Source: a virus | Virus record (IMG/VR): IMGVR_UViG_3300023184_003849 | Coordinates: 1 to 64,000 of that record | Strand: one strand, 5' to 3' | DNA length: 64,000 bases | Part shown: positions 30,020 to 38,045 of the stretch, piece after piece | Layout of the letters: every line of letters starts with the position of its first letter | How positions within the stretch are numbered: position 1 is the stretch's first letter | Translations under genes and position numbers: made by a program | The notes under the pieces: generated by a model | The model's database searches: none | The model's input: only the letters and a program-made list of their open reading frames with translations | What the model was told of the DNA's origin: nothing

Positions 30020-30316
30020 ATGAGCAGGCCAAAACCACAAGTGCTGATTGAGCACACCAACAAGCAAACCTATAAGACTGAGCAGGTGCTTGCGGCCGAA
30101 GGCATCTGGGCGGTGTTCTTTGACAATCAACCCATCAACCTCAAAACTGCCAATCTGTTGACTCAATATCCTGGTCCCAAATACAAAAAGGTCAGTTTCT
30201 CCAACAGTGGCCATGCCATCAATTTGGCTCGCAAACTCAACGCACAGTTCCGGACCGACAAGTTTACTGTGGTGTTGCTCCGCAGTGGGGATAAGATCTA
30301 TCCCAATGCGAGATAA
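30020..30316 (+). CDS. Hypothetical phage protein
   Basis: AGGAG SD; preceded by ATAAATA. Confidence 0.8.
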   Translation: MSRPKPQVLIEHTNKQTYKTEQVLAAEGIWAVFFDNQPINLKTANLLTQYPGPKYKKVSFSNSGHAINLARKLNAQFRTDKFTVVLLRSGDKIYPNAR

Positions 30317-30665
30317 ACTTGCTGTTACTCAAGCCCTAATTGCGCAACTCAAACCTGATGACCGTCCTGGTATCAATTCAGCCATGCGTGACTGGTGGCA
30401 GAATCTCAGAGATGGTTCTGGCCTACGATTGACAGCAGAAGGTTATGCCGTTATGCGGCAGTTGGGTGTGGAGAGTTATCACTTTGATATACGACCGGAC
30501 CAAATGACTCCTCGACTACTGGTGCAGTTGGACAAGAGATTACAAGATCCATATTTTCTCAAAGCAGATAGACGCAAGCCCTGGATTGAATTCTACGGCA
30601 GTCGAGAGGCCTTGTTGGCCAACTTGTATGGGGACTTGAGTCGTTTCCTGGAAAATTACAATTAA
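30306..30665 (+). CDS. Hypothetical protein
   Basis: ORF overlapping upstream stop region. Confidence 0.65.
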   Translation: MRDKLAVTQALIAQLKPDDRPGINSAMRDWWQNLRDGSGLRLTAEGYAVMRQLGVESYHFDIRPDQMTPRLLVQLDKRLQDPYFLKADRRKPWIEFYGSREALLANLYGDLSRFLENYN

Positions 30666-30753
30666 ACCCAAAGTATTACTTTTTGAGGCGTGCAAAAATG
30701 TAACCCAAAGTATTACTTTTAGGGGTTAGAAAAAGTAGTACTTTTGTAGTACT
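30665..30753. repeat. Palindromic AAAGTA(T/G)TACTTT boxes with a 19-bp direct repeat
   Basis: AACCCAAAGTATTACTTTT at 30665 and 30702; AAAAGTAGTACTTTT at 30731. Confidence 0.85.
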
Positions 30754-30762
30754 AGATTTTGG

Positions 30763-30791
30763 TTGACCCAAAATGCCCTTTTTGCTATAAT
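30763..30791 (+). promoter_or_regulatory. Early sigma70-type promoter
   Basis: TTGACC-N17-TATAAT. Confidence 0.8.
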
Positions 30792-30797
30792 ACTTGT

Positions 30798-31145
30798 ATG
30801 GAAGCAAAAAAGCAATCACGCAAAAAACGAGTAGATCGTACCCATATTGTATACTTCATCCAAATTGGTTTGGAGTACTACATCGGTATCACTGCAAAGA
30901 CTCAGCGTACAATCACGATGAGCCTTCGTAGCCGCATCAACAAGCACATTTATCGTAGCCGCACTGAAGACAAGTCTTGGAACCTGTACGAAGCAATTCG
31001 TGCTGGTGGAGAAGCCTCTGTCAACTATGCCGTCATCGACGTGGTGCGTGGCAAGGATGCGGCTCACAAGTTAGAACGCGAACTTATCCGCCAGTACATG
31101 CCCTCACTCAACACTGACGTTCGCGTCAAAGCGGTTGACCAATAA
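30798..31145 (+). CDS. GIY-YIG-like nuclease (probably leaderless)
   Basis: IVYF...YYIGIT; LERELI...LN; ATG 7 nt after -10. Confidence 0.65.
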   Translation: MEAKKQSRKKRVDRTHIVYFIQIGLEYYIGITAKTQRTITMSLRSRINKHIYRSRTEDKSWNLYEAIRAGGEASVNYAVIDVVRGKDAAHKLERELIRQYMPSLNTDVRVKAVDQ

Positions 31146-31187
31146 TTCCCGTTTTGCTAAAATACTTGTATAGAAACTAAAAAGGAG
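31135..31187 (+). promoter_or_regulatory. Early promoter plus conserved leader/SD
   Basis: TTGACC-N17-TAAAAT then ACTTGTATAGAAACTAAAAAGGAG (identical at 48811). Confidence 0.8.
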
Positions 31188-31193
31188 CCTGAC

Positions 31194-31376
31194 ATGAACA
31201 TCACGACAGCAATCGCCCAACTCAAACGAGAACAAGAGTTCTTGGGCTTGGGCCTGTTGGAACTTTTGGCAGACATTCAAGCAAATGGTAGCATGGTCTA
31301 CAATGAACGTACCATGCAGGCCTTTCGTGTGTTTATGGCGGAAGGTGCCAGAATGTTTGCACCCGTGGAGGCCTAA
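31194..31376 (+). CDS. Small hypothetical early protein
   Basis: Strong SD. Confidence 0.75.
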   Translation: MNITTAIAQLKREQEFLGLGLLELLADIQANGSMVYNERTMQAFRVFMAEGARMFAPVEA

Positions 31377-31377
31377 A

Positions 31378-31563
31378 ATGAAATTTTATTCACCACTTGA
31401 CGAGCGTATGAACGCAGACATTGATGCTATTATTGAGAAACTGCAAGCGGCCAAAACCAGTAGAACCTATCTACAACGTGCCGCATTGGTGGGCAAAGTT
31501 GCCGAACAGTGCCAAATGTTTGAGTTTTATTGGGAAGATAGACTTTACAATTTAATGGATTAA
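31378..31563 (+). CDS. Small hypothetical early protein
   Basis: GGAGG SD before ATG at 31378. Confidence 0.7.
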   Translation: MKFYSPLDERMNADIDAIIEKLQAAKTSRTYLQRAALVGKVAEQCQMFEFYWEDRLYNLMD

Positions 31564-31767
31564 ATGTTTAATGTAAAAACACCCACTGACGAACATGAGT
31601 TTGAGTCCTTGGACCAGGCCATGGCCCATGCCCGAACACTGGGTGAGTTTGTTACTATCACAGGCAACGGTATGGAGATTGTGGGTGTGTTTGGTACTGA
31701 CTCAGTTGAAAACGGCCGGTGCCCCAACGGTGAGGCATACACATGGATGAAGCGGAGATCACAGTGA
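31564..31767 (+). CDS. Small hypothetical early protein
   Basis: Adjacent ORF. Confidence 0.7.
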   Translation: MFNVKTPTDEHEFESLDQAMAHARTLGEFVTITGNGMEIVGVFGTDSVENGRCPNGEAYTWMKRRSQ

Positions 31768-31988
31768 ACCAGCAGATCAAAAAACTAATGGGGCAGACGC
31801 TAGATGACAAGTTCAAGGAAACTTGGAGCACCATGACGCCCGAGGACTTGGAAAAATTTGTAAAACACTTTGCTGAACTGCTGGTCCGCGACTGTGCTGA
31901 CGTTGCCTATCGCTTTGATGGTCTTACACTGGGACAAGGCTACACCATTGCCAAGCACATCAAAAAGAACTATGAGATTGAACTATGA
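31764..31988 (+). CDS. Small protein, 'FAELIVREC' paralog family
   Basis: GTGA overlap; FAELLVRDC. Confidence 0.7.
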   Translation: MNQQIKKLMGQTLDDKFKETWSTMTPEDLEKFVKHFAELLVRDCADVAYRFDGLTLGQGYTIAKHIKKNYEIEL

Positions 31989-32188
31989 ACGAACAAATTC
32001 GAAAACTTGCTCACGAGGCTGGATTGCCTACATACAATCCAGAAGGTATTCCAACTAAGTTAGAAAAGTTCGCCGAGTTGATTGTTCGGGAATGTGCTCA
32101 GGTCGCGGACCAATGGGTCAATGACGAAGACAATGGCCACAACTTGGTCAGTGACCGATTGCGACAACATTTCGGAGTTGAAGAATGA
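31985..32188 (+). CDS. Small protein, 'FAELIVREC' paralog family
   Basis: MNEQIRKLA...EKFAELIVREC...HFGVEE. Confidence 0.75.
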   Translation: MNEQIRKLAHEAGLPTYNPEGIPTKLEKFAELIVRECAQVADQWVNDEDNGHNLVSDRLRQHFGVEE

Positions 32189-32421
32189 ATAAGATTAGTC
32201 AATATCTGATGAGCATCAATCGTCCGCCTTATGTGGCTGGTCGGCGGGTAGGGCAGGCCACGCCCTGTCAAAGTTATAGCGAGCCTGCTTGGTTTATCTC
32301 GTTCCTGGATGGCTATACTCATATCAACAACCCTGTGTTCACAGATGAAGATGGTCTGAACTCGGCACCCACTATTCACGAATACGCAACAAATTTAGGA
32401 TATGAACCATGTATGAACTGA
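32185..32421 (+). CDS. Hypothetical protein
   Basis: ATGA-coupled ORF. Confidence 0.55.
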   Translation: MNKISQYLMSINRPPYVAGRRVGQATPCQSYSEPAWFISFLDGYTHINNPVFTDEDGLNSAPTIHEYATNLGYEPCMN

Positions 32422-32606
32422 TATTTACATTTTTGGTTGTGACCAAGGCCGGGCTTCCTGGCTTTCACATAGAGTACATGGGTCAATTTAGAGCCATAGA
32501 GGATTGTGAAAAAACTCGAGTGGTCATGATCGAATACACAGACCGATTGGTACGAGAAAATAGAATGTTTCCCGGTGTGTTTGAATGCAGAAAGGTTCAA
32601 CGATGA
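32409..32606 (+). CDS. Hypothetical protein
   Basis: AGGA SD; ATGA overlap. Confidence 0.6.
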   Translation: MYELIFTFLVVTKAGLPGFHIEYMGQFRAIEDCEKTRVVMIEYTDRLVRENRMFPGVFECRKVQR

Positions 32607-32873
32607 ACCGAGAAATTACACTAACACCTGAGGGTGGCCGATTCTATCGCGCCATGGCATTCCATTGGGTCACAGTGGCCTTATGTTTGCCGCCCTTGAT
32701 GGCACTACATGATTGTAGCAATATTGAATCCATTTTGGTTTAGAGATTCAATGTTTAACTGGGTAGAACGACGAGTCAACTCATTCACACGTTGGCGTAA
32801 TAATGTGAAATACCGGATCTATCTCAACTGTGATCCTGTTGTTTGGCACACCCTTCGAGGAGATTTAAAATGA
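32603..32873 (+). pseudogene. Frameshifted membrane-protein gene (+1 C at about 32708)
   Basis: MNREIT...PLMAL then MIVAILNPFW...GDLK in another frame; ATGA coupling at both ends. Confidence 0.55.
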
Positions 32874-33271
32874 CCATGCCCGCTGGCCGATACTACATCG
32901 GCGATCTTTGTTACGTAATGCACGACGTCTGGGACGAGGTTTGTAATTTGTTCTTCCCGCCTCACGAGCCCGCAGGACGTGGCCATGAAGGTGAGTTCGT
33001 TCTGAAGGACGGTCGACGCTTTGCCAGTTTTGGCACTGCCTATGGCGATGGCACATATCGTTCCAGTATCAGCACTGAACACTCGGTAGACTCTGGCTCT
33101 ATTGGTTGTATCCGTGTTGAAGACATTCGCGATGATGCATATGATGATATAGAACGCCTGGGTGCCATTATTGATTTCGCTGAGTCATTTGAAGTTGACA
33201 GCGATGCTGGCCTACTTAAATTTGGGCATGTGTCGATTGAAACCAACAACGACTACGAATTTGAAGAATGA
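32870..33271 (+). CDS. Hypothetical phage protein
   Basis: YYIGDLCYV...TAYGDG..VDSGSIG; GAGGAG SD. Confidence 0.75.
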   Translation: MTMPAGRYYIGDLCYVMHDVWDEVCNLFFPPHEPAGRGHEGEFVLKDGRRFASFGTAYGDGTYRSSISTEHSVDSGSIGCIRVEDIRDDAYDDIERLGAIIDFAESFEVDSDAGLLKFGHVSIETNNDYEFEE

Positions 33272-33576
33272 ACAAAGTTGTTCGTGACGGTCTGGTAGCG
33301 GTACTGTATTCGCCCCAATTTGGTGGCGGTTGGTATACCTGGAATCCCGGCCATCCCGAAATCTTGTTTGATCCTGCCATAGTTGAATTTGTAGAACAGG
33401 GAAAGACCGAAGAACTACAGGTGTATGTCACGCTGAAATATCCTGACATCTACACTGGTGGCATGGAAGGCTTGACCATTGAATGGATTCCGCAAGGTGT
33501 GCGTTTTAGAGTAAACGAATATGACGGCAGTGAAAGCATTGAAATACAGGATCATGTGAACTGGCTTGAGGCTTGA
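33268..33576 (+). CDS. Hypothetical phage protein
   Basis: VAVLYSP.FGGGW...EYDGSE. Confidence 0.75.
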   Translation: MNKVVRDGLVAVLYSPQFGGGWYTWNPGHPEILFDPAIVEFVEQGKTEELQVYVTLKYPDIYTGGMEGLTIEWIPQGVRFRVNEYDGSESIEIQDHVNWLEA

Positions 33577-33610
33577 CACTAAATAGTTTTCCTAGTATAG
33601 TATTTGACAC

Positions 33611-33696
33611 ACAACGGACGCCGTATTGGTCGCAGGCCCTAGACTCATAATCTAGTTCGAAAGACACTGTGGGTTCGAATCCCACCCGTTGTACCA
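33611..33696 (+). tRNA. tRNA with CAT anticodon and long variable arm (Ile2-like)
   Basis: Acceptor ACAACGG/CCGTTGT, CTAGA-CTCATAA-TCTAG, GTGGG-TTCGAAT-CCCAC, ACCA. Confidence 0.8.
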
Positions 33697-33704
33697 ACAC
33701 AACC

Positions 33705-34184
33705 ATGACCAAAGTAAATTCTAGTCCCCAACGTCACACATTCCAACACGGCAAAATTGAGTTGGAAACCGTGCTGAAAGATATCCGCAATCAGGATCGC
33801 CTAAAACTGGCTGATCCAGAGTGGCAAAAAGACAATCTAGAGTACGACTTGCGTAGTACCAAATGGATCTGCGACAAGACCAAAAGTACCAAGACCTATG
33901 CTCAAAACTTGTATGCGGCCCTGTGCAACAATGACTTTCAAAAGAACGCGGTATGGACCAGGCTTGAAGACAAAGTATGGAGTTGTAGTTGGCGTCATGC
34001 CGGGGGTATTGTGGCTGACATGCGTGAAGAGGGTGACTACATTGACTGGTACTGCTCGGGCATACAGGGCGAGCCTGATGAGTCATGGATAGACTTGGGC
34101 CATATTCCTGAAGGCACTGTAACAGATCAAATCCGTGAAGACTTGTTTCGCCTGGGCTGGCTGGTGCTTGAGTCTAAGAACTAA
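33705..34184 (+). CDS. Hypothetical phage protein
   Basis: YAQNLYAALCNN...SWR..DYIDWYCSG. Confidence 0.75.
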   Translation: MTKVNSSPQRHTFQHGKIELETVLKDIRNQDRLKLADPEWQKDNLEYDLRSTKWICDKTKSTKTYAQNLYAALCNNDFQKNAVWTRLEDKVWSCSWRHAGGIVADMREEGDYIDWYCSGIQGEPDESWIDLGHIPEGTVTDQIREDLFRLGWLVLESKN

Positions 34185-34201
34185 AATTTTCTATAATCCA
34201 C

Positions 34202-34265
34202 ATAGAAAAATACAATAGCAAAAATCTTGTTTTTGCTTGATTTCATTGATATATACTATTACAAT
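34202..34265 (+). promoter_or_regulatory. ahpC promoter with OxyR/LysR-like boxes
   Basis: ATAG-N7-CAAT (34202), ATTG-N7-CTAT (34245), TTGATT-N17-TACAAT. Confidence 0.5.
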
Positions 34266-34313
34266 ATATACTCAGTGCAAATACTGAGTTTCATTTCAAC
34301 AAGGAGATTATCA

Positions 34314-34853
34314 ATGAAAACTGTAGGCGATCGTTTGACCCCATTTGCCATCACCGGCGTAAAACCCGGACAACCTGATGACGCTTTCTATACCATCACT
34401 GACGAATCATTTGAAGGCAAGTGGAAAGTGATTGTGTACTATCCAAAAGATTTTACATTTGTGTGCCCCACAGAAATTGTAGCATACGATAAACTGGCTC
34501 AAGACTTTGAAGACCGTGATGCAGTATTGCTAACAGGTTCAACAGACAACGAGTTCTGCAAAGTGGCATGGCAAAAGAGCCACGATGACTTGCGTAAGAT
34601 CACGCATCATCAATTTGCTGACACACAGCGCGGTGAGTTGAGCCTGATTGAGCAGTTAGGTGTATTCTACGCTCCAGCAGGTGCGGCACTTCGCGCAACA
34701 TTCATCATTGACCCTAACAACGAAATTCAACACGTCTCTGTCAACAACCTGAATGTTGGTCGTAGCCCAGAAGAAACCTTGCGTGTTCTTGATGCCCTTC
34801 AAACAGGCGAACTGTGTGCATGTAACCGTACCATCGGCGGCGAGACTCTGTAA
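34314..34853 (+). CDS. ahpC: Peroxiredoxin
   Basis: YPKDFTFVCPTE; GELC. Confidence 0.95.
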   Translation: MKTVGDRLTPFAITGVKPGQPDDAFYTITDESFEGKWKVIVYYPKDFTFVCPTEIVAYDKLAQDFEDRDAVLLTGSTDNEFCKVAWQKSHDDLRKITHHQFADTQRGELSLIEQLGVFYAPAGAALRATFIIDPNNEIQHVSVNNLNVGRSPEETLRVLDALQTGELCACNRTIGGETL

Positions 34854-35506
34854 TGTTAGAAACCATCTGCGAAACACTGGTAGAAGCCTATCGTAGAAAC
34901 TGGATTACCAGTCGCGATGGTAATGTCAGCATACGCCACCATGACCGTGATCATTTTTATATCACACCGTCGGGTGTGCGTAAGCAAACACTACAACCAG
35001 ATCAGTTTAAAAAAATCCGGCTGATCAACAGTATCAGTGCCGCACCACCATTTTTGACCCAGACATGGCAAGAGGATGATTACACAGACATCAGCAGTAA
35101 TCTCAGACCCAGTGGTGAGATACCCTTGCACTTTGGTTTACAACGGCAAATGGGCCAACATGCCACGGATGTGCGTGTGGTTGTGCATTTACATCCTACC
35201 TATTGTGTTGCGGCCATGCATGCGGGTATTGACTTGAGTACTATTGTCACGGACTTTCCAGAACTGAGTCGTTACACCAAGGTTGCACCTAATGTAGGCG
35301 ATGTCAAACCCATCAGTCAAGAACTTGCAGACTGTTGTCATCACAATTTGAAATTAGATTCTGATGGCACGATTGCCTATGACATTGTGGGCATCAAAGG
35401 ACATGGTGTTGTGGCTATTGATACCTCACCATGGCGGGCTTTTGAGCATATTGAGAGATTGGAACATATTTGTAAAATTGTATTATCATCAAGGAGATTT
35501 CAATGA
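34853..35506 (+). CDS. Class II aldolase/adducin-family protein
   Basis: DGNVS, ITPSG, PSGE, HLH, GHG. Confidence 0.88.
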   Translation: MLETICETLVEAYRRNWITSRDGNVSIRHHDRDHFYITPSGVRKQTLQPDQFKKIRLINSISAAPPFLTQTWQEDDYTDISSNLRPSGEIPLHFGLQRQMGQHATDVRVVVHLHPTYCVAAMHAGIDLSTIVTDFPELSRYTKVAPNVGDVKPISQELADCCHHNLKLDSDGTIAYDIVGIKGHGVVAIDTSPWRAFEHIERLEHICKIVLSSRRFQ

Positions 35507-36018
35507 CAGCATGGGTTGATCAACTCAAAGAAGGCTTGCCCGAGTATGCCAAGGACACAAAGTTAAACTTGGACGCAGTGATCAAGCGTGGCACCATTGA
35601 TCCAGAGCAAGCAGAAGCCATTGCCTTGGCGGCCGCCTTTGCCACAGGCAATGGTAAATTGGTATCATTCATCCAAAGCAACATTGCCAACACAGTGGAA
35701 CGTGATGCGGCACTTACAGCCGGTTCAATCATGTCAATGAACAATACTTGGTATCCTTACGTTGAAATGGCGGAAGATCCTGCACTCAAAGGCTTGCCAG
35801 CACAACTTAGAATGAATGCCATTGCCACACACGGTGGAACTACCAAGGCTCGCTTCGAAGCCTACAGTCTGGCCGCTTCAATAGTAGGCAAGTGCCATTT
35901 TTGTGTGCGGGCTCACTACGAAACCTTGAAAAAGGAAGGCTACTCAGTTGAACAACTGAGAGATATTGGTCGTATTGCGTCTGTAATTGCCAGCGTTGCT
36001 CGTGTGCTGAACAGTTGA
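35503..36018 (+). CDS. ahpD: Alkylhydroperoxidase AhpD
   Basis: LPEYAKD, LRMN, CHFC..AH. Confidence 0.9.
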   Translation: MTAWVDQLKEGLPEYAKDTKLNLDAVIKRGTIDPEQAEAIALAAAFATGNGKLVSFIQSNIANTVERDAALTAGSIMSMNNTWYPYVEMAEDPALKGLPAQLRMNAIATHGGTTKARFEAYSLAASIVGKCHFCVRAHYETLKKEGYSVEQLRDIGRIASVIASVARVLNS

Positions 36019-36162
36019 GCAAGAAGCAAAACCAGTTGACCGGTGTTGGTCATTGAAACTGTTGCGAAGCACTTCACATTGAGTCAAGGTCTCAACAGGC
36101 CTTGACTCTTTGATCAAGGTATGATCGGCAGTGAAAATAAACAAAGTCAAAATGTATTCCAT
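35944..36162 (-). CDS. Hypothetical protein
   Basis: AGGA upstream; resembles the 32409 and 46076 small proteins; overlaps ahpD end. Confidence 0.45.
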   Translation of the reverse strand: MEYILTLFIFTADHTLIKESRPVETLTQCEVLRNSFNDQHRSTGFASCSTVQHTSNAGNYRRNTTNISQLFN

Positions 36163-36257
36163 ATGATTATATATCCTACTAAACGTTGGAAAATGCCTGG
36201 TTTGTTATACAGAGTTTTTGGATTAATATAACCTGCAAAACTAATACTTTTGTATTA

Positions 36258-36286
36258 TTGACCAAAATCTCCATCTGTGTTATAAT
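36258..36286 (+). promoter_or_regulatory. Sigma70-type promoter
   Basis: TTGACC-N17-TATAAT preceded by TAATAC-N4-GTATTA. Confidence 0.8.
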
Positions 36287-36306
36287 TACACACTAAGGAG
36301 AAAAAA

Positions 36307-36774
36307 ATGCCATGGATTGAAAACGTAGCCGCCGCAGATGTACCCATGAGGTTTCATCACGAGGCTGGTGAAAATTCCATGTTGATTCAGATCATGGATC
36401 CGTGCCCTACATGGTGGCCCAATCCTGCGCATAACTTTCGAGAAACACATCGTTTTGAATTTTTGGATGCCGAAGACAAGGACGGCTTTCCAGACGAGAC
36501 AAAGATCAGCGATGTCCAGGCTCAAGAGATTGTGCGCCTGTTGCAACATGCACTGGCCAATCACATGAACGTGGTTGTGCATTGTATGGCAGGACTTTGC
36601 CGTTCAGGTGCAGTGGCCGAGGTTGGTGTGATGATGGGCTTTGATGATTGTGAACGCACTCGTATACCTAACATTCGCGTCAAGCATCGCTTGATGAAGG
36701 CCTTGGGATGGACATACGACAAAAACGAACAGCCAGACGAAGCAGCCTGGCGCCGAATGAAACTAGATTATTAA
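36307..36774 (+). CDS. Cys-dependent (PTP/DSP-like) phosphatase
   Basis: VHCMAGLCRS = HCxxGxxRS. Confidence 0.85.
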   Translation: MPWIENVAAADVPMRFHHEAGENSMLIQIMDPCPTWWPNPAHNFRETHRFEFLDAEDKDGFPDETKISDVQAQEIVRLLQHALANHMNVVVHCMAGLCRSGAVAEVGVMMGFDDCERTRIPNIRVKHRLMKALGWTYDKNEQPDEAAWRRMKLDY

Positions 36775-36784
36775 GGAGGCAACG

Positions 36785-37390
36785 ATGCCCGCAGTATTTT
36801 TGACAAGCGACACACACTTTGGACACGCAGGTGTATGTCGTTTCACGCACCCAGATGATCCTGAAGTGAAATTGCGTCCCTGGACTGATCCAGACGAGAT
36901 GGATGAAGCCATGATCAAGAACTGGAACGAACGTGTTCGCCCCAGCGACAAGGTCTACCACTTGGGTGATGTGGTGATCAACCGTAGAGCCTTGAAGACA
37001 TTGAGTCGTTTAAACGGCGACAAGGTTTTGATCCGTGGCAACCACGACATCTTCCGCGATGACGAGTACCGCGAGTACTTTCGTGAATTGCGGGCGTATC
37101 ATGTGTTGAACGGCATGATCTTGAGTCATATCCCTGTGCATGAAGCAAGTTTGGGTCGCTTTGGTGTAAACATTCACGGCCACTTGCATGCTACTCGTGT
37201 TAAGCGAGCACGTGGAGTTGACGCAAAGACTGGGACTGTGTTATACTCTACTGAGATTGATCCACGCTATCATTGTGTTTGTGTGGAACAAACTGACTTT
37301 GCACCTATCTTGTTTGAAGACGTGATCCGGCGTATTGAAGCAGAAGGTGGTGTAGTTGGGTTTAAATCCGGCAACGGCCCTACAATGTAA
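36785..37390 (+). CDS. Calcineurin-like metallophosphoesterase
   Basis: SDTHFGH, LGD, GNHD, HGHLH. Confidence 0.9.
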   Translation: MPAVFLTSDTHFGHAGVCRFTHPDDPEVKLRPWTDPDEMDEAMIKNWNERVRPSDKVYHLGDVVINRRALKTLSRLNGDKVLIRGNHDIFRDDEYREYFRELRAYHVLNGMILSHIPVHEASLGRFGVNIHGHLHATRVKRARGVDAKTGTVLYSTEIDPRYHCVCVEQTDFAPILFEDVIRRIEAEGGVVGFKSGNGPTM

Positions 37391-37427
37391 ATTTTTACAA
37401 AAGGTAAATAAAAGTTCACACAAGGGG

Positions 37428-37456
37428 TTGACAAGGTATAAATAAACCTATACAAT
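37428..37456 (+). promoter_or_regulatory. Promoter of the tRNA island
   Basis: TTGACA-N17-TACAAT; TATAAATA within the spacer. Confidence 0.8.
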
Positions 37457-37462
37457 AAGCAC

Positions 37463-37609
37463 ATGATGAAACATTCCGCACATTATTCAAGACCAGTTTA
37501 TCAGAAGACGCTAAGTCTGGGCACATGCCCCGCCTTGTGGTCGGCAATTGAGAACATGAATAATGGTCGTGAATCAGACAACAATAGGGTCCAAGGAGAC
37601 AGAGTATAA
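37463..37609 (+). CDS. Putative attenuator leader peptide (48 aa, leaderless)
   Basis: MMKHSAHYSRPVYQKTLSLGTCPALWSAIENMNNGRESDNNRVQGDRV; ATG at predicted +1; stop inside antiterminator. Confidence 0.6.
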   Translation: MMKHSAHYSRPVYQKTLSLGTCPALWSAIENMNNGRESDNNRVQGDRV

Positions 37610-37639
37610 TTTAATACATACTCATACTTCAAAGACCCT
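37586..37639 (+). promoter_or_regulatory. Antiterminator hairpin
   Basis: AGGGTC/GACCCT, GGAG/CTTC, GAGTAT/ATACTC; shares GACCCT with the terminator. Confidence 0.65.
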
Positions 37640-37668
37640 GGATTAAAAACCCAGGGTTTTTTGTTTTT
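37631..37668 (+). terminator. Intrinsic terminator
   Basis: ACCCTGG/CCAGGGT stem followed by T-rich tract. Confidence 0.85.
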
Positions 37669-37681
37669 GATAAAGGAAAAA

Positions 37682-37837
37682 ATGACAGATACAAAATCTA
37701 AACGTCAGGCAGAATACACGCGACAGCACACACTAACCGAAGCAGATCTTCGCAAGATGATGGCAGAAAAGTTAGAACGTGCTCGAGCGTGGCATAATGC
37801 CCTTATCAAACGACGAGTTCTACAAGAGAACCGTTGA
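37682..37837 (+). CDS. Small basic helical protein (51 aa)
   Basis: AAGGA SD; MTDTKSKRQAEY...LQENR. Confidence 0.6.
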   Translation: MTDTKSKRQAEYTRQHTLTEADLRKMMAEKLERARAWHNALIKRRVLQENR

Positions 37838-37870
37838 TTCACCTAGTGGTGACAGGAAACGCGATCCCGC

Positions 37871-38042
37871 AACACACTCTAAACAGTTGCAAATGGGCGG
37901 CCTCGGGGATGGAGTTCTTCTTGTAGAACAAAAAATCCGAGCGTATCGAAGCATATCAGTTGCCAAAGGCATCGTGCGGCCATTCAAGGTCGGGGTTTGT
38001 GATCTTGGTGTGCTTCGATACACACATTTGCAAGAGTGTGTT
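37871..38042 (+). ncRNA. Unnamed structured RNA 1
   Basis: AACACACTCT/AGAGTGTGTT, TTGCAAATG/CATTTGCAA, 16-bp GTATCGAAGCATATCA/TGGTGTGCTTCGATAC. Confidence 0.6.
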
Positions 38043-38045
38043 CAT

